From an uncultured Sphaerobacteraceae bacterium (GTDB lineage: Bacteria; Chloroflexota; Chloroflexia; Thermomicrobiales; UBA6265), in the NCBI GenBank assembly GCA_964371945.1, contig CAYJPA010000021.1, positions 4,924 through 68,923 on the forward strand: a stretch of 64,000 nucleotides of DNA, given 5' to 3'. This document shows, one piece after another, positions 22,683-32,542 of the stretch. The position numbers and the translations under genes were made by a program. Under the pieces are notes generated by a model that made no database searches, was not told the origin of the DNA, and was given only the letters and a program-made list of their open reading frames with translations. How positions within the stretch are numbered: the stretch's first letter is position 1; each line of letters begins with the position of its first letter.

Positions 22683-22828
22683 TGCAGCCACGTTATACAC
22701 TCCTCGCCGCACAACGGGCGGTTCGCTACGCCGGGCAATCCCTCATGGCGCACGCGAGGACAATAGTCGTCAGACTCTCGCTCAAGAAGCGTATAAGCAA
22801 GAAGCGTGCCAACGGAATCCTCGAATCA

Positions 22829-22845
22829 TGGCACAATACGTGCAT
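22829..22845 (+). promoter_or_regulatory. Candidate sigma-54 (-24/-12) promoter upstream of the activator gene
   Basis: TGGCACaatacGTGCAt compared with the consensus TGGCAC-N5-TTGCW. The GG-to-GC spacing is correct. It lies 275 nt upstream of the 23120 start, in the rpoN-activator divergent region. Confidence 0.45.
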
Positions 22846-23119
22846 GTAACCATCTTCTGTGCTTCCTCGCTCACAACGGGCAATCGCACGTATGATCCCC
22901 ATTCGCGGCGCTCCCCGGATGTCGGCCTGAGCCCGGGTTTGATCGAGTTGGGAGATCGCGAACGCGGCCGCGATCCGCGCTACGAAGATGTATTGGAGAT
23001 CGATCACGCGATCAATCGAGGTTGAAATGGTCAGCTATACTCGGTTTTGCTCCGATTGAAAAGTTCGATAGACGCCTAGGCGCGTTCCATGAGCCATAAG
23101 CCTAAGGATTCATCCACTG

Positions 23120-24490
23120 ATGCCACGAATTCTCGTTGCCGATGACGATGCAACCTTGCGCGCCACGTTGGTTGAGCTTCTATCCGATGAAGGCTTCGCC
23201 GTCGTGCAGGCCGAGGGCGGCGACGCCGTGATCACGGCAATGAGCTCCGCTGAGAGCGATCGTCCCAATTTGGTGATCATGGATATCCGGATGCCGGGCA
23301 AGAGCGGTCTCGACGTGCTGCGGGAGCTGCGGACGTCGATGGCAACGACCCGATTGCCGGTAGTGGTGATGACCGCGTTTGGGTCCTCGAACGTTGCAAT
23401 CGAGGCGATCCAACTCGGCGCCTATGACTACATTACAAAGCCGTTCGATCTCGATGACATCCTGGTCACCGTGAAGCGCCTTTTTGAGTGGCAGCATCTC
23501 AACGATCAGGTTATCGAGCTCTCCACACGGTTGACAGGATCCGAGCAGGACTCGTTCATCGGAAACAGCCCGGCCATCCAAGAGGTTTACAAAACGATCG
23601 GACGAGTGGCGCGTTCGGACGCGACCGTGCTGATCTCCGGCGAAACTGGGACGGGGAAAGAGCTCGTCGCGACAATCCTGCACCGGGCCTCGAGTTACGC
23701 TCGTGGACCGCTGATCAAGGTCAACTGCGCGGCGCTGCCGGAAACACTGCTGGAAAGTGAGCTCTTCGGCCACGAAAAGGGTTCGTTCACCGGAGCTATC
23801 GCCCAGCGCAAAGGCCGCTTCGAAATGGCGAATAAGGGAACGATCTTTCTGGACGAGATCGGCGAAATGACGCTCAGTACCCAAAAAAAACTTCTGCGCG
23901 TGCTTCAGGAACGAGAATTCGAGCGCGTCGGCGGATCGGTTTCGGTCAAAGTTGACACCAGAGTCATTTCGGCCACAAACAAACACCTGGCGACGGAGAT
24001 CGAGGAAGGGCGGTTTCGGGAAGATCTGTACTATCGGCTGAATGTGATCTCGATCCATCTTCCGCCCTTGCGAGAGCGGGGAGATGACGTGCGGCTTCTG
24101 GTCGAACACTTCCTCCACAAGCATCGCTACACGGCTGGCGCGGAGCCCGCGCGCATCACTCAGTCCGCCATGCAATCACTCATCGATTACGCGTGGCCTG
24201 GAAACGTTCGCGAGCTTGAAAACGTAATTGAGCGTGCCGTTATTCTGGCCCAGGGTGCAGTGATCACTGAGCAGCACATCGATTTTACGGCCGGGAGCTC
24301 GCGCTTCTTCATCAGCATTCCGCAGTCGCTACGCGATGGCAAAACGCTGCCGGACTTGCTCCGGTCCGTGGAGCGTCAGGCGATCGCGGAGTCGTTGTCT
24401 CGTTCCGATGGGGATCACACCGCCGCCGCCGCGCGACTCGGAATCGAGGAATCCGATCTTGACAAGCGAATTCAGAAACTTGGCCTCTAG
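23120..24490 (+). CDS. Sigma-54-dependent response regulator (NtrC family: REC + AAA+ + Fis-type HTH)
   Basis: Receiver domain (LVIMDIRMPG), Walker A GETGTGKE, sigma-54 contact loop GSFTGA, ESELFGHEKG, and a C-terminal HTH (AAAARLGIEESDLDKRIQKLGL). Confidence 0.9.
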   Translation: MPRILVADDDATLRATLVELLSDEGFAVVQAEGGDAVITAMSSAESDRPNLVIMDIRMPGKSGLDVLRELRTSMATTRLPVVVMTAFGSSNVAIEAIQLGAYDYITKPFDLDDILVTVKRLFEWQHLNDQVIELSTRLTGSEQDSFIGNSPAIQEVYKTIGRVARSDATVLISGETGTGKELVATILHRASSYARGPLIKVNCAALPETLLESELFGHEKGSFTGAIAQRKGRFEMANKGTIFLDEIGEMTLSTQKKLLRVLQEREFERVGGSVSVKVDTRVISATNKHLATEIEEGRFREDLYYRLNVISIHLPPLRERGDDVRLLVEHFLHKHRYTAGAEPARITQSAMQSLIDYAWPGNVRELENVIERAVILAQGAVITEQHIDFTAGSSRFFISIPQSLRDGKTLPDLLRSVERQAIAESLSRSDGDHTAAAARLGIEESDLDKRIQKLGL

Positions 24491-24512
24491 TGCAGGGAGT
24501 GTTTCGAAAAGT

Positions 24513-24542
24513 GTAGCAAGCGACCGAATGGTCGCTTGCTAC
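24513..24542 (+). terminator. 13-bp perfect hairpin just after the activator gene
   Basis: gtagcaagcgacc-gaat-ggtcgcttgctac, 23 nt after the stop at 24490. No U-tract follows. Confidence 0.4.
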
Positions 24543-24776
24543 GTGACATCTGCTCGGGTCTGAGGGAGGGTGTCTAGTGACACTGGCGGCTCCTGAAGCT
24601 GGTCCGCCCCGTCAATGGAGCCGGACGGAGGCGACATGTGGACGTATTCTGACGCGCAGTCGCGCAACTTGCCACGAGCAGATCTCCCTTCCGTGAGGGG
24701 TTTCTTTACCACTCGCCGTCTGACAGGCATGATCTATGCCATCGTCGCAATCGAGCAATGGCTCCATCTGCTTCGT

Positions 24777-24793
24777 TGGCATGAAATCTGCAT
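24777..24793 (+). promoter_or_regulatory. Candidate sigma-54 (-24/-12) promoter upstream of the orphan receiver gene
   Basis: TGGCATgaaatCTGCAt with correct GG/GC spacing. The match ends 76 nt upstream of ATG 24869. Confidence 0.55.
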
Positions 24794-24868
24794 AAATCTT
24801 TCAGTCCAGGGTCAAACTATGCGTGACCGCGGTTAACTAACCAGATTTATATTAGAGATGCCATACTG

Positions 24869-25306
24869 ATGAAGAACTTCGAGCCGCCTAACACCGTTCT
24901 CATCGTGGAGGACGAAGTGGCTTTTCGGGAAGCACTCGTGATGGCGATTGGGGACGAAGGGTATGAGGTGCATTCCGCCTCCAACGGCGCGGAGGCAATT
25001 GCTCTGCTCGAGCACGTTCGACCCGACGTCATCATTCTCGATCTGCAAATGCCGGTCATGGGTGGCCCAGCATTCTTGTCGGAGTACCGGTCACGTCACC
25101 AAACGGCCGTGCCCGTTATCGTCTGTTCGACGAGACGTCACGATCTGGTCATCTCTGGGCTCAATGTTTCCGCATTCCTCACGAAACCCGTCGATATTGA
25201 TGACCTGCTGGCAACTATCAAATTCAACATTCTGAAAAGTCAGGATTCTTCCGGCAAACGCCGGACCGATCGGCGGCAAAGGGCTGATCGCCCGTCCTCA
25301 CTATAG
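24869..25306 (+). CDS. Stand-alone response-regulator receiver protein with a basic C-terminal tail
   Basis: 145 aa. CheY-like pattern: LIVEDE, the phospho-Asp context VIILDLQMPVMGG, and LTKPVDIDDL. Confidence 0.85.
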   Translation: MKNFEPPNTVLIVEDEVAFREALVMAIGDEGYEVHSASNGAEAIALLEHVRPDVIILDLQMPVMGGPAFLSEYRSRHQTAVPVIVCSTRRHDLVISGLNVSAFLTKPVDIDDLLATIKFNILKSQDSSGKRRTDRRQRADRPSSL

Positions 25307-25384
25307 CGAGGAATCTCCGTTTTCCTCCGTCGTCTCGGGGTGAAGCCGTCCGGTTTTATGACCACACCACGGACTCGTGGATCG

Positions 25385-26491
25385 CTAAATCAGATCAGAT
25401 CGTTGGAGTTTTTTGAGCTCGTCGACCAACCTCTTGACGTCCTGCGCACGGTCTCGATTGATGATCAATAGCGCGTCCGGCGTGTCGACGACGACCGTGT
25501 TCTCCTGGCCAATGAGAGCAATAACCCGGCTCGTTTCGGACCAAACAACGCAGTCATGCGATTCGATGTGAACCACATCGCCCAGCACGCTGTTCCCAAC
25601 TGAGTCACGTTCGATGAGCTCTCCGAGTCCATGCCAATCGCCGACATCGGACCACCCCATTTCAGCCGGAACGACCGCCACGTTGCTCGAACGCTCCATG
25701 ATTCCGTGATCGATCGTGACATCGGAGAGGGTTGACCAGATGCCGGCCACGACCCGGTCACGATCCGGCTCGTCCCAAACTTGGCCAATACGCATCAATC
25801 CCGCATGGAGCTCCGGCATGAGTTGAGCAATCTCGTCGAGCAACGTCCGCACGTTCCAAACGAACATGCTCGCATTCCAGAGGAACCGCCCGGACGCCAC
25901 ATACTCGGCAGCACGGATCAGATCCGGTTTTTCGACAAATCGGATCGTCCGGTAGGAGACCCTCTCTCCTTCACCGGCGGCGGCTTCGTCGGATCGCTCG
26001 ATATATCCGTATCCAGTGTCAGGGCGACTCGGGGTCAGCCCGATCGTGCAGAGCCAGCCTGCCTGGGCGGCAGCGATCGCGGTGGCCGTCGCGGCCATAA
26101 ACGCGGCGGGATCGGTGACATCATGATCAGCCGCAAAGCTTCCCATGATTGCGTCAGGATCCTGCCGGGCGATAAGCATGGCCGCGAGTCCGATGGCAGG
26201 TCCGGAACCCTTCGGCGACGGTTCCACGATGAGGTTGCCGTCGGGTATGTCCGGCAATTGCCTGGCGATGGCGGCGGCATGCGCCGGACCGCAAACGACG
26301 ATCATCCGCTCCGGTGTGGTCAGGAGCGACAATCGATCGGCGGTCTGTTGCAGGAGCGAACGCTCTCCGGTCAGCGGGAGTAGGAATTTCGGCCGTGTGG
26401 CGCGGCTCAACGGCCACAGGCGCGTTCCCGCTCCACCGGCCGGGATGACCGCCCAGAATGACCCTTGTTCGCGAGCTGGGCGTTTCGCCAC
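25385..26491 (-). CDS. manC: Mannose-1-phosphate guanylyltransferase (short form, no PMI domain)
   Basis: GTG start. N-terminal AVIPAGGAGTRLWPLSR nucleotide-sugar pyrophosphorylase motif; 368 aa. Confidence 0.75.
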   Translation of the reverse strand: MAKRPAREQGSFWAVIPAGGAGTRLWPLSRATRPKFLLPLTGERSLLQQTADRLSLLTTPERMIVVCGPAHAAAIARQLPDIPDGNLIVEPSPKGSGPAIGLAAMLIARQDPDAIMGSFAADHDVTDPAAFMAATATAIAAAQAGWLCTIGLTPSRPDTGYGYIERSDEAAAGEGERVSYRTIRFVEKPDLIRAAEYVASGRFLWNASMFVWNVRTLLDEIAQLMPELHAGLMRIGQVWDEPDRDRVVAGIWSTLSDVTIDHGIMERSSNVAVVPAEMGWSDVGDWHGLGELIERDSVGNSVLGDVVHIESHDCVVWSETSRVIALIGQENTVVVDTPDALLIINRDRAQDVKRLVDELKKLQRSDLI

Positions 26492-26609
26492 GATACACCT
26501 GCCTTCATCGACCGGTACTCATACACTTGCGTTTGAGCATAGCAGTTGGGCCGGAGACCGTGCCTTGTTGAACTGCTTCTCGATCAGATCGTTTACGGGA
26601 GTCGACGCC

Positions 26610-27593
26610 ATGCCTTCAGTTGGTCCGCTGCTGTTATCGCCAAGGCTGGATGCCAAACCGTGGGGTGGCAGGCAATTGGAGCGATTCGGGTTCACGCTGC
26701 CGGCCGGGGCATTGATCGGAGAAGCGGTGATCACCGCCGCCGAAGCAGTGATCGTGAATGGGAAGCATGCCGGCCGCACGCTCGGCGGTGTCGTGGAAGT
26801 CGACCCGGCGGGTGCTATCGGGGAACGGGGATTGGCCCTTACCGGCGGGCGGCCGCTCTTTCCGCTCCTGATCAAGTTGATCGACGCAAACGAAGATCTC
26901 TCGATTCAAGTCCATCCGAACGACATCAATGCCCCGGCGGGCAGTCTGGGCAAAACCGAGGCGTGGCATGTACTGGACGCTCGCCCCGGTTCGGTGCTCT
27001 ACCTCGGATTCGAAGACGATGTTGACCTCGACGAAGTGAAGCGCCTGGTTCGAGGTGGCGCGTCGATCTCGCACTTGATGCGCCGCGTTCCCGCGCATCC
27101 GGGGCAGACGATTCTCGTTCCGGCAGGCAGTGTCCACGCGCTCGGCGCCGGGGTGCTCGTGTACGAGATTCAACAGCCCTCCGCGATCACATACCGGCTC
27201 GACGATTGGGGACGGGTCGACGCCGTGGGGCGATCGCGTGATCTGCACATCGACGAGAGTCTCGCGGTGCTCGATGCCACATCAAGACCGCGACCTCTTG
27301 CTCCTCAGACAATACCCTCGGAGATCGGCACGAGATCGCGACTCGTTCGATGTTCCTATTTTGCGGCGGAACGAATTGAGCTCTCCGCAATGGGCGAACT
27401 GCAATTGGACGGAGCGGGCGCGCCACAGGTTTTCACTTGCGCTAGCGGTCGCGCGGTGGTTACCGCTGATAGCATAAGTGAGGAGATCGGTCCCGGCGAA
27501 ACCGCGGCGCTCCTCGCCTGCGCCGGGATCACGACGATTTCCGCTCAAAAAGACGGTGTGTTGTTACGCGGCTGGATCGATCCGGAATCGTGA
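26610..27593 (+). CDS. manA: Type I mannose-6-phosphate isomerase
   Basis: In-frame ATG 26610 (MPSVGPLLLSPRLDAKPWGGRQLE). Also LIKLIDANEDLSIQVHPND, KTEAWHVL and VPAGSVHALG. The track ORF's upstream 155 codons are antisense to manC. Confidence 0.8.
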   Translation: MPSVGPLLLSPRLDAKPWGGRQLERFGFTLPAGALIGEAVITAAEAVIVNGKHAGRTLGGVVEVDPAGAIGERGLALTGGRPLFPLLIKLIDANEDLSIQVHPNDINAPAGSLGKTEAWHVLDARPGSVLYLGFEDDVDLDEVKRLVRGGASISHLMRRVPAHPGQTILVPAGSVHALGAGVLVYEIQQPSAITYRLDDWGRVDAVGRSRDLHIDESLAVLDATSRPRPLAPQTIPSEIGTRSRLVRCSYFAAERIELSAMGELQLDGAGAPQVFTCASGRAVVTADSISEEIGPGETAALLACAGITTISAQKDGVLLRGWIDPES

Positions 27594-27634
27594 CGTCCCC
27601 CGGAGCCCTAACCGCTCGCGGTTCTTCCGATCCT

Positions 27635-28597
27635 CTACATCGCCAGTGTTTCCGCGAGCCGGCAAAGCTCGGGCGGAACCTTCACCACCGGTTTGATCGC
27701 AAGCCCGGTTGGAACGAGATCGATCCGGCCACGCGTGAGTCCGGCCATGACACCGGAACTGCCACTCAAGATTCCGTCAACGGCAGCGGCGGCGGATCGA
27801 GTCGCAAGCAAGCGGTCGAACGCGAGTGGAGCACCCCCACGCTGCACGTGACCGAGAACCGACAGTCGCGCTTCGTAATCGCCGGCTTGGTCGATTTCAG
27901 CCACCAAGTCGGCGGCCTTCAACTCGCTTCCCTCGGCCGCGATCACGAGGAAGTGGGACTTGCCCGCGCTGAAGGCGGCACGGACACATTTGAATGCCTG
28001 GAGCATGGTCACAGGCTGTTCGGGCGTCAAAATCAGTTCCGCGCCGCTGGCGAGTCCAGTCATAAGCGCCAGATAGCCGCTCTTCCGGCCCATTACTTCG
28101 ACGACAAACGCACGATGATGAGATGACGCCGTGTCCCGAAGACGGTCGACCATCTCGAGCGCGGTGTTGAGCGCCGTGTCGACACCGATACTGGTGTCGA
28201 CTTCGGCGAGATCGTTATCGATCGTGGAGGCGATGCCAACGACGGGAACGCCCATTTCATGCAGCGCCAGCGCTCCGCTTTGCGAACCGTTGCCACCGAT
28301 CACGATCAAACCATCGATTTCGCTCTGCCGCATCTGATCAGCAGCTCGCCTTCGCCCTTCGATCGTTCTGAATTCGACGGCCCGCGCGCTGCCCAACACC
28401 GTTCCGCCACGGACGATAATTCCGCCAACGTCGCGCACGCCCAGTGGTACGAAATCCCCATCCATCAGTCCCTGGAATCCGTGCCGGACCCCCAAGGTTG
28501 CGACATCTCGTGCCGCGGCCGTTCTCACGACCGCTCGAATCGCGGCGTTCATGCCTGGTGCGTCGCCACCGCTGGTTAGTACTGCTATACGGCGCAC
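27635..28597 (-). CDS. pfkA: ATP-dependent 6-phosphofructokinase
   Basis: GTG 28597 follows GAGAGAAGG and gives 320 aa starting VRRIAVLTSGGDAPGMNAAIRAVVR. Also contains IGGNGS and GHVQRGG. ATG 28660 is an alternative start. Confidence 0.88.
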   Translation of the reverse strand: MRRIAVLTSGGDAPGMNAAIRAVVRTAAARDVATLGVRHGFQGLMDGDFVPLGVRDVGGIIVRGGTVLGSARAVEFRTIEGRRRAADQMRQSEIDGLIVIGGNGSQSGALALHEMGVPVVGIASTIDNDLAEVDTSIGVDTALNTALEMVDRLRDTASSHHRAFVVEVMGRKSGYLALMTGLASGAELILTPEQPVTMLQAFKCVRAAFSAGKSHFLVIAAEGSELKAADLVAEIDQAGDYEARLSVLGHVQRGGAPLAFDRLLATRSAAAAVDGILSGSSGVMAGLTRGRIDLVPTGLAIKPVVKVPPELCRLAETLAM

Positions 28598-28760
28598 GTG
28601 GCACCTTCTCTCTCGGACGACAATCGAATCACGCCAAGGACACTTGTCACCGGCGCTCACTTCTTCATGGTGCCGGATCGGACATCGCCGATACGCGACA
28701 AACCCCGGGTAACCGTTTCAGAAACGTAACCGAGGCTCAAGCGCAAGTCCGATCAGCACA

Positions 28761-30290
28761 TCACCCGATCTCGACCTTGCCCCGCAGCACATCCGAACCG
28801 AAGATCGTCAATACGATTTCATACTCCCCGGGCGGGAGATTGCCCTCGTTTGAGCTGATGTGCTCGAAGGCATGTCCCGCCTTGCCCGCCTGCCAAACAT
28901 CGTCGCGCGTTCCGAGCAACTCGCCGTCGACCGTCCAGGTCACCTTAAACGGGATCTTGTTTGCCATTCCGGCGAAATCGAACACCGCGAACAGCCGAGT
29001 CGTGTTCTCTGAAAACGATGTTTTCGGGCTCACCGTAAGTCCGAGGGCATCGATCTCCGAGGAGAAGACGAATGGACTGAAGTAGGAGCCGGCACCGTCA
29101 CCGTTGCTTCCAGTTCCATCAGATGCGACTCCATCGAACGAATAAACAGCCCCATCGTCTGATCCAAAGAGCACGAGGCCGCCCACGACGACCGGAGAAG
29201 AAAGGACAGAACCGACGGACTGCAGTTGCCAACGGCGATTACCGGTGGTGGGATCAAATGCAAACAGGCCGCGCTCCGGCTCACGGCCATTTCCACCGAC
29301 GATGACCGCATTCCCGGCGAGCGTGGGTGACGACCACACGCCACCCGCGGTAGCACGCCATCGCTCGGCGCCGGTTTGCGCATCGACCGCGACGAGATTA
29401 CCTCCGGCGTGCGCAAAGACGGTGCCGGGGCCCACCGCCGGGGCAGATGCCGTGTCCCCGATCTCCGTGTCCCAGACGATGACTCCGGTTACAGAGTCAA
29501 GCGCGTAGAGACGCCCCCCCAATCCACCCACGTAGACAACTTCTTCGAAGACCGCGGGGGTTGCGAGTCCGGGGGATTCGGGGGCAAATGCCCAGAGTTG
29601 CTGCCCGGTTTCCGCGTCAAGCGCAAAGAGCGACTCGTCTTGTTCGGGATGCAGTGTGGACACGTAGACGACGCCGTCCTGTACTGCCGGTGAGGGGTCG
29701 ATGGTGTAGTCGCCACCGCTTGCAACATCGAACCGCCATAATTCATCGCCCGATGTCGCATCAAGCGCGTACAGCCGGTCTCCGTCATCCCCGATGAAGA
29801 GCATTTCGCCGGAAATCGCTGGCGACGAAGTCGTTCCGTCGTCCAGCGCAACCTTCCAAGCGAGCTCACCGGTCTCGGCGTCGACCGCGAACAGATTCCC
29901 GCTGAGACCGGCGATGAAGACCATCCCGTTCGCGACGGCCGGCGAAGCGCCAGAGAAATCACCCGCCAACTCCGCTACCCAAAGCCGCTGACCGGTCTCC
30001 AGATCGGCCGCCAACAGCGCGCCGTTCTCCAATAGGTGAGTTCCCATGTAGACGACACCATCAACGACCACCGGCGAGCCGTTTGCGCTATCTAGGGCGG
30101 TATCCAGTCTCCATCGCAGGTTGATCGTTCCATTTGGTCCAGGGTCATCGGTATGGCCGGTACGGCTCGAACCGCCGTGGAATGACGCCCAATTCGCTAC
30201 CGAGGGCGATCCCTCCTGCGCGCGGCCAAAGATCGGGAACGCCAACCCAGTGAGGGCGATCGCCGCAATCAATAGACGACGGAAAAGCAT
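28761..30290 (-). CDS. Secreted PQQ-like/BamB-like beta-propeller repeat protein with an extra C-terminal beta domain
   Basis: Signal peptide MLFRRLLIAAIALTGLAFPIFGRAQE. Repeated pattern G.VY.G...G.L.A.D..TG...W throughout. Confidence 0.7.
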   Translation of the reverse strand: MLFRRLLIAAIALTGLAFPIFGRAQEGSPSVANWASFHGGSSRTGHTDDPGPNGTINLRWRLDTALDSANGSPVVVDGVVYMGTHLLENGALLAADLETGQRLWVAELAGDFSGASPAVANGMVFIAGLSGNLFAVDAETGELAWKVALDDGTTSSPAISGEMLFIGDDGDRLYALDATSGDELWRFDVASGGDYTIDPSPAVQDGVVYVSTLHPEQDESLFALDAETGQQLWAFAPESPGLATPAVFEEVVYVGGLGGRLYALDSVTGVIVWDTEIGDTASAPAVGPGTVFAHAGGNLVAVDAQTGAERWRATAGGVWSSPTLAGNAVIVGGNGREPERGLFAFDPTTGNRRWQLQSVGSVLSSPVVVGGLVLFGSDDGAVYSFDGVASDGTGSNGDGAGSYFSPFVFSSEIDALGLTVSPKTSFSENTTRLFAVFDFAGMANKIPFKVTWTVDGELLGTRDDVWQAGKAGHAFEHISSNEGNLPPGEYEIVLTIFGSDVLRGKVEIG

Positions 30291-30385
30291 TGCCCGCTCC
30301 AGTTTGCTGTTCCGCTTAAGAGGTCAGTAGAAGACGCACACGGCAATCTTACAGGTCCAAGCGAGCTGAATGTTCAACATCGGCC

Positions 30386-31375
30386 TCAACCCGTTGGTTT
30401 TCGGATGGTCAATGCATCGGCAGGATTTTCGAAGAAGATGCGTCGGACCTCCGGCGCGCTCAGTCCAGCTTCCATCAACTGGATCGGCAGGAGATCGATG
30501 AAATGCACGAACCCAGGTCCGCCGCCGTACGACAACCAGTTCGACTTCCTAGCGATCCCGCCCGAGATGAGAATCCGATTGCCGAGCCCCTCGCGAACAA
30601 GGTCGGCAATCAACGTCAAGCGGCAATCGTCCAATTGTCGATCGCTGATAGCCCAACGCCGAAACGAGAAGAAGATCCCTCGCTCAAGTGACTCTCTCAC
30701 TATCGGCTGGCCCAGGGCGTTTTCGTCGAAGCCGATCGAGATCGAAGAGGGAGCAACGCCCTCTTCCAGCAGCAACGACAGATGTTCGAGCGCTCTTTGC
30801 CCGCTGCTCGAGGTGAACGAGATGGGCGATCCCGTCTTCCTATGAACCAGCGCGGCGGAGCGCAAGGTCGCTTCACTCGCAGAGGCACAAATGACGCCGG
30901 CTCTCACGCCGGTTCGATCGATGCCGGTGCTGAGATCCGAGATCATCTCGTCGGCAAGCGATTCCAATGATCCTAGGCCGGCCTGAACCGTTAGGTCCTG
31001 AAGACCGGTCGCCGTGACGATGTGCACGGGCACACGCTGGGCGATCCAAAGGAGATCGCTCGCGTTGCGGCCGTACTCCGCCGTCGTCATGTCAACGATC
31101 GACCGGCCCCCGGTCGCGAAGTAGCCCTCGAGCTCGGACGCGGCAGATGCAATGTCATCGAGAATGAGATCCTGATCGGCGAGCTCCCCTGGTGGGCGGC
31201 AAACTAGATGTTCGTGATGGAGCGTGAAACCGAGCGCCGCGGGATCAACCGGGCCGAGAACCGTCATGACGTGCGGTTCGGTCAGGTCGATCGGCAGATC
31301 TTCGTCGTCAAGGGGCTCGAAGGATTCGCCGGGCCCGAGTCCGTAATCCCATTCGTTTTCTTTGAGCTCACCCAA
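30386..31375 (-). CDS. Phosphotriesterase-homology protein (amidohydrolase superfamily; probable lactonase)
   Basis: HxH metal motif in GFTLHHEHLVC; TIM-barrel length. The start is uncertain: TTG 31375 or ATG 31267 (MTVLGPVDP...). Confidence 0.65.
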   Translation of the reverse strand: MGELKENEWDYGLGPGESFEPLDDEDLPIDLTEPHVMTVLGPVDPAALGFTLHHEHLVCRPPGELADQDLILDDIASAASELEGYFATGGRSIVDMTTAEYGRNASDLLWIAQRVPVHIVTATGLQDLTVQAGLGSLESLADEMISDLSTGIDRTGVRAGVICASASEATLRSAALVHRKTGSPISFTSSSGQRALEHLSLLLEEGVAPSSISIGFDENALGQPIVRESLERGIFFSFRRWAISDRQLDDCRLTLIADLVREGLGNRILISGGIARKSNWLSYGGGPGFVHFIDLLPIQLMEAGLSAPEVRRIFFENPADALTIRKPTG

Positions 31376-31406
31376 TCAACTGTACTCCGAAGCAGGCAGT
31401 TTGGAA

Positions 31407-32507
31407 CTAGATTCCCCCGAGCGCGGCGACGCGGGATGCAAAGCGATCGAGGTCCGCCGCGCCGCTCAGAGCGCCGAGCTCGATGTCGTAGACTCGCTTC
31501 TCTCCGGCCTTCAGGATGATCAGCTCGCCGCGCTCGCGGGCATCGAGCCGACCGGCTGGAAGGTTCGTGCTCGGCTCGATGCCGACCACGTAACTGCCCT
31601 CACCCAGCATTCGCCAGACGAAATGAACCGGAAGCTGCCGGTTGTTGAAGATTTCGTATGCCCCGATGCCGCGAGCGCGATTCACAATCCCGACCGGAAC
31701 TTTGCCATCTGCCTCGGCGATCACGTCATGGATGAATGCCTGTTCATAGTGGTTCGGTGCAGGAGCATCGAGCATTCGATAGCCGTCGGTCGCGTTGTCG
31801 TCTCGCGAGCTGACGCTTCGGGTGGGCACCAGAATCTCCGCGCCCTGATCGACCACCGGAAATCCGATGTTGATGTGGTAGAGCAGCATATGCGGCGTCG
31901 GATCCCATCCGACATTCTCGACTTCGTCATGAATCGTGAAGTTGGAAGCGCCGGCTCTGGCTTCGATCCGGCGGCGCAGGAGCAGGTGCTCGCCAAACTG
32001 ACTGGCCTGGAGCACTTCGCCTTCAGCCCAGAGTGTGCAATCGTCGCCGTCCCAACGATGCCCGTAGCCGACGAGCTTGGCGGGACGCGACGAAACGCGT
32101 CCGTGGAGACCGAACGATTCGGTTTGCTTGGCCGGCCAGTGATATTGCTCGGCGGTGTCGGTCGCCCCAAAGAGCGCATGGTCGAGTCCGCAGGTGGTCA
32201 GCAGGCCGCCGCCCCAGTTTCGAACCCAGCCCAGGAGATCGTGCTCTTCGTACCACGGGCCGCCGAAACCGACACCCGAGTGCCACCCGATGGCCTGGCC
32301 CGAGAGCTCGGCGCGACCGATGTCGAATGCGCGATCGACCAAAACATCGAACTCGAACCCGGAGCCGGTACGAAACTCGAGCACGCGCACACCGCGCTCG
32401 TTGCCGTCGCCGAGTGTCACCAACCGGACGCCGGCAATTTGCTCAAGCCCTCCAACACGCCTCAGCAAGTGCTCACGACGAAAGCTCTCACCCCACAGCT
32501 TCGGCAT
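31407..32507 (-). CDS. Aldose-1-epimerase-like protein (DUF4432 type)
   Basis: ATG 32507 has GGAGGGGAG upstream. MPKLWGESFRREHLLRRVGGLEQIAGVRLVTLGDGNERGVRVLEFRTGSGFEFDVLVDR... resembles the DUF4432 family (recognised from memory). Confidence 0.55.
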   Translation of the reverse strand: MPKLWGESFRREHLLRRVGGLEQIAGVRLVTLGDGNERGVRVLEFRTGSGFEFDVLVDRAFDIGRAELSGQAIGWHSGVGFGGPWYEEHDLLGWVRNWGGGLLTTCGLDHALFGATDTAEQYHWPAKQTESFGLHGRVSSRPAKLVGYGHRWDGDDCTLWAEGEVLQASQFGEHLLLRRRIEARAGASNFTIHDEVENVGWDPTPHMLLYHINIGFPVVDQGAEILVPTRSVSSRDDNATDGYRMLDAPAPNHYEQAFIHDVIAEADGKVPVGIVNRARGIGAYEIFNNRQLPVHFVWRMLGEGSYVVGIEPSTNLPAGRLDARERGELIILKAGEKRVYDIELGALSGAADLDRFASRVAALGGI

Positions 32508-32542
32508 AGAATCTCCCCTCCTTCGTCTGCAACAGACCTTTG

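Noticed and set aside
23180-24175. 331-aa minus-strand ORF
   Set aside because: Antisense to the NtrC-family activator, which has the Walker A, GSFTGA and HTH motifs.
26145-26609. N-terminal 155 codons of track ORF 26145-27593
   Set aside because: This part overlaps manC on the opposite strand. The PMI homology begins only at ATG 26610.
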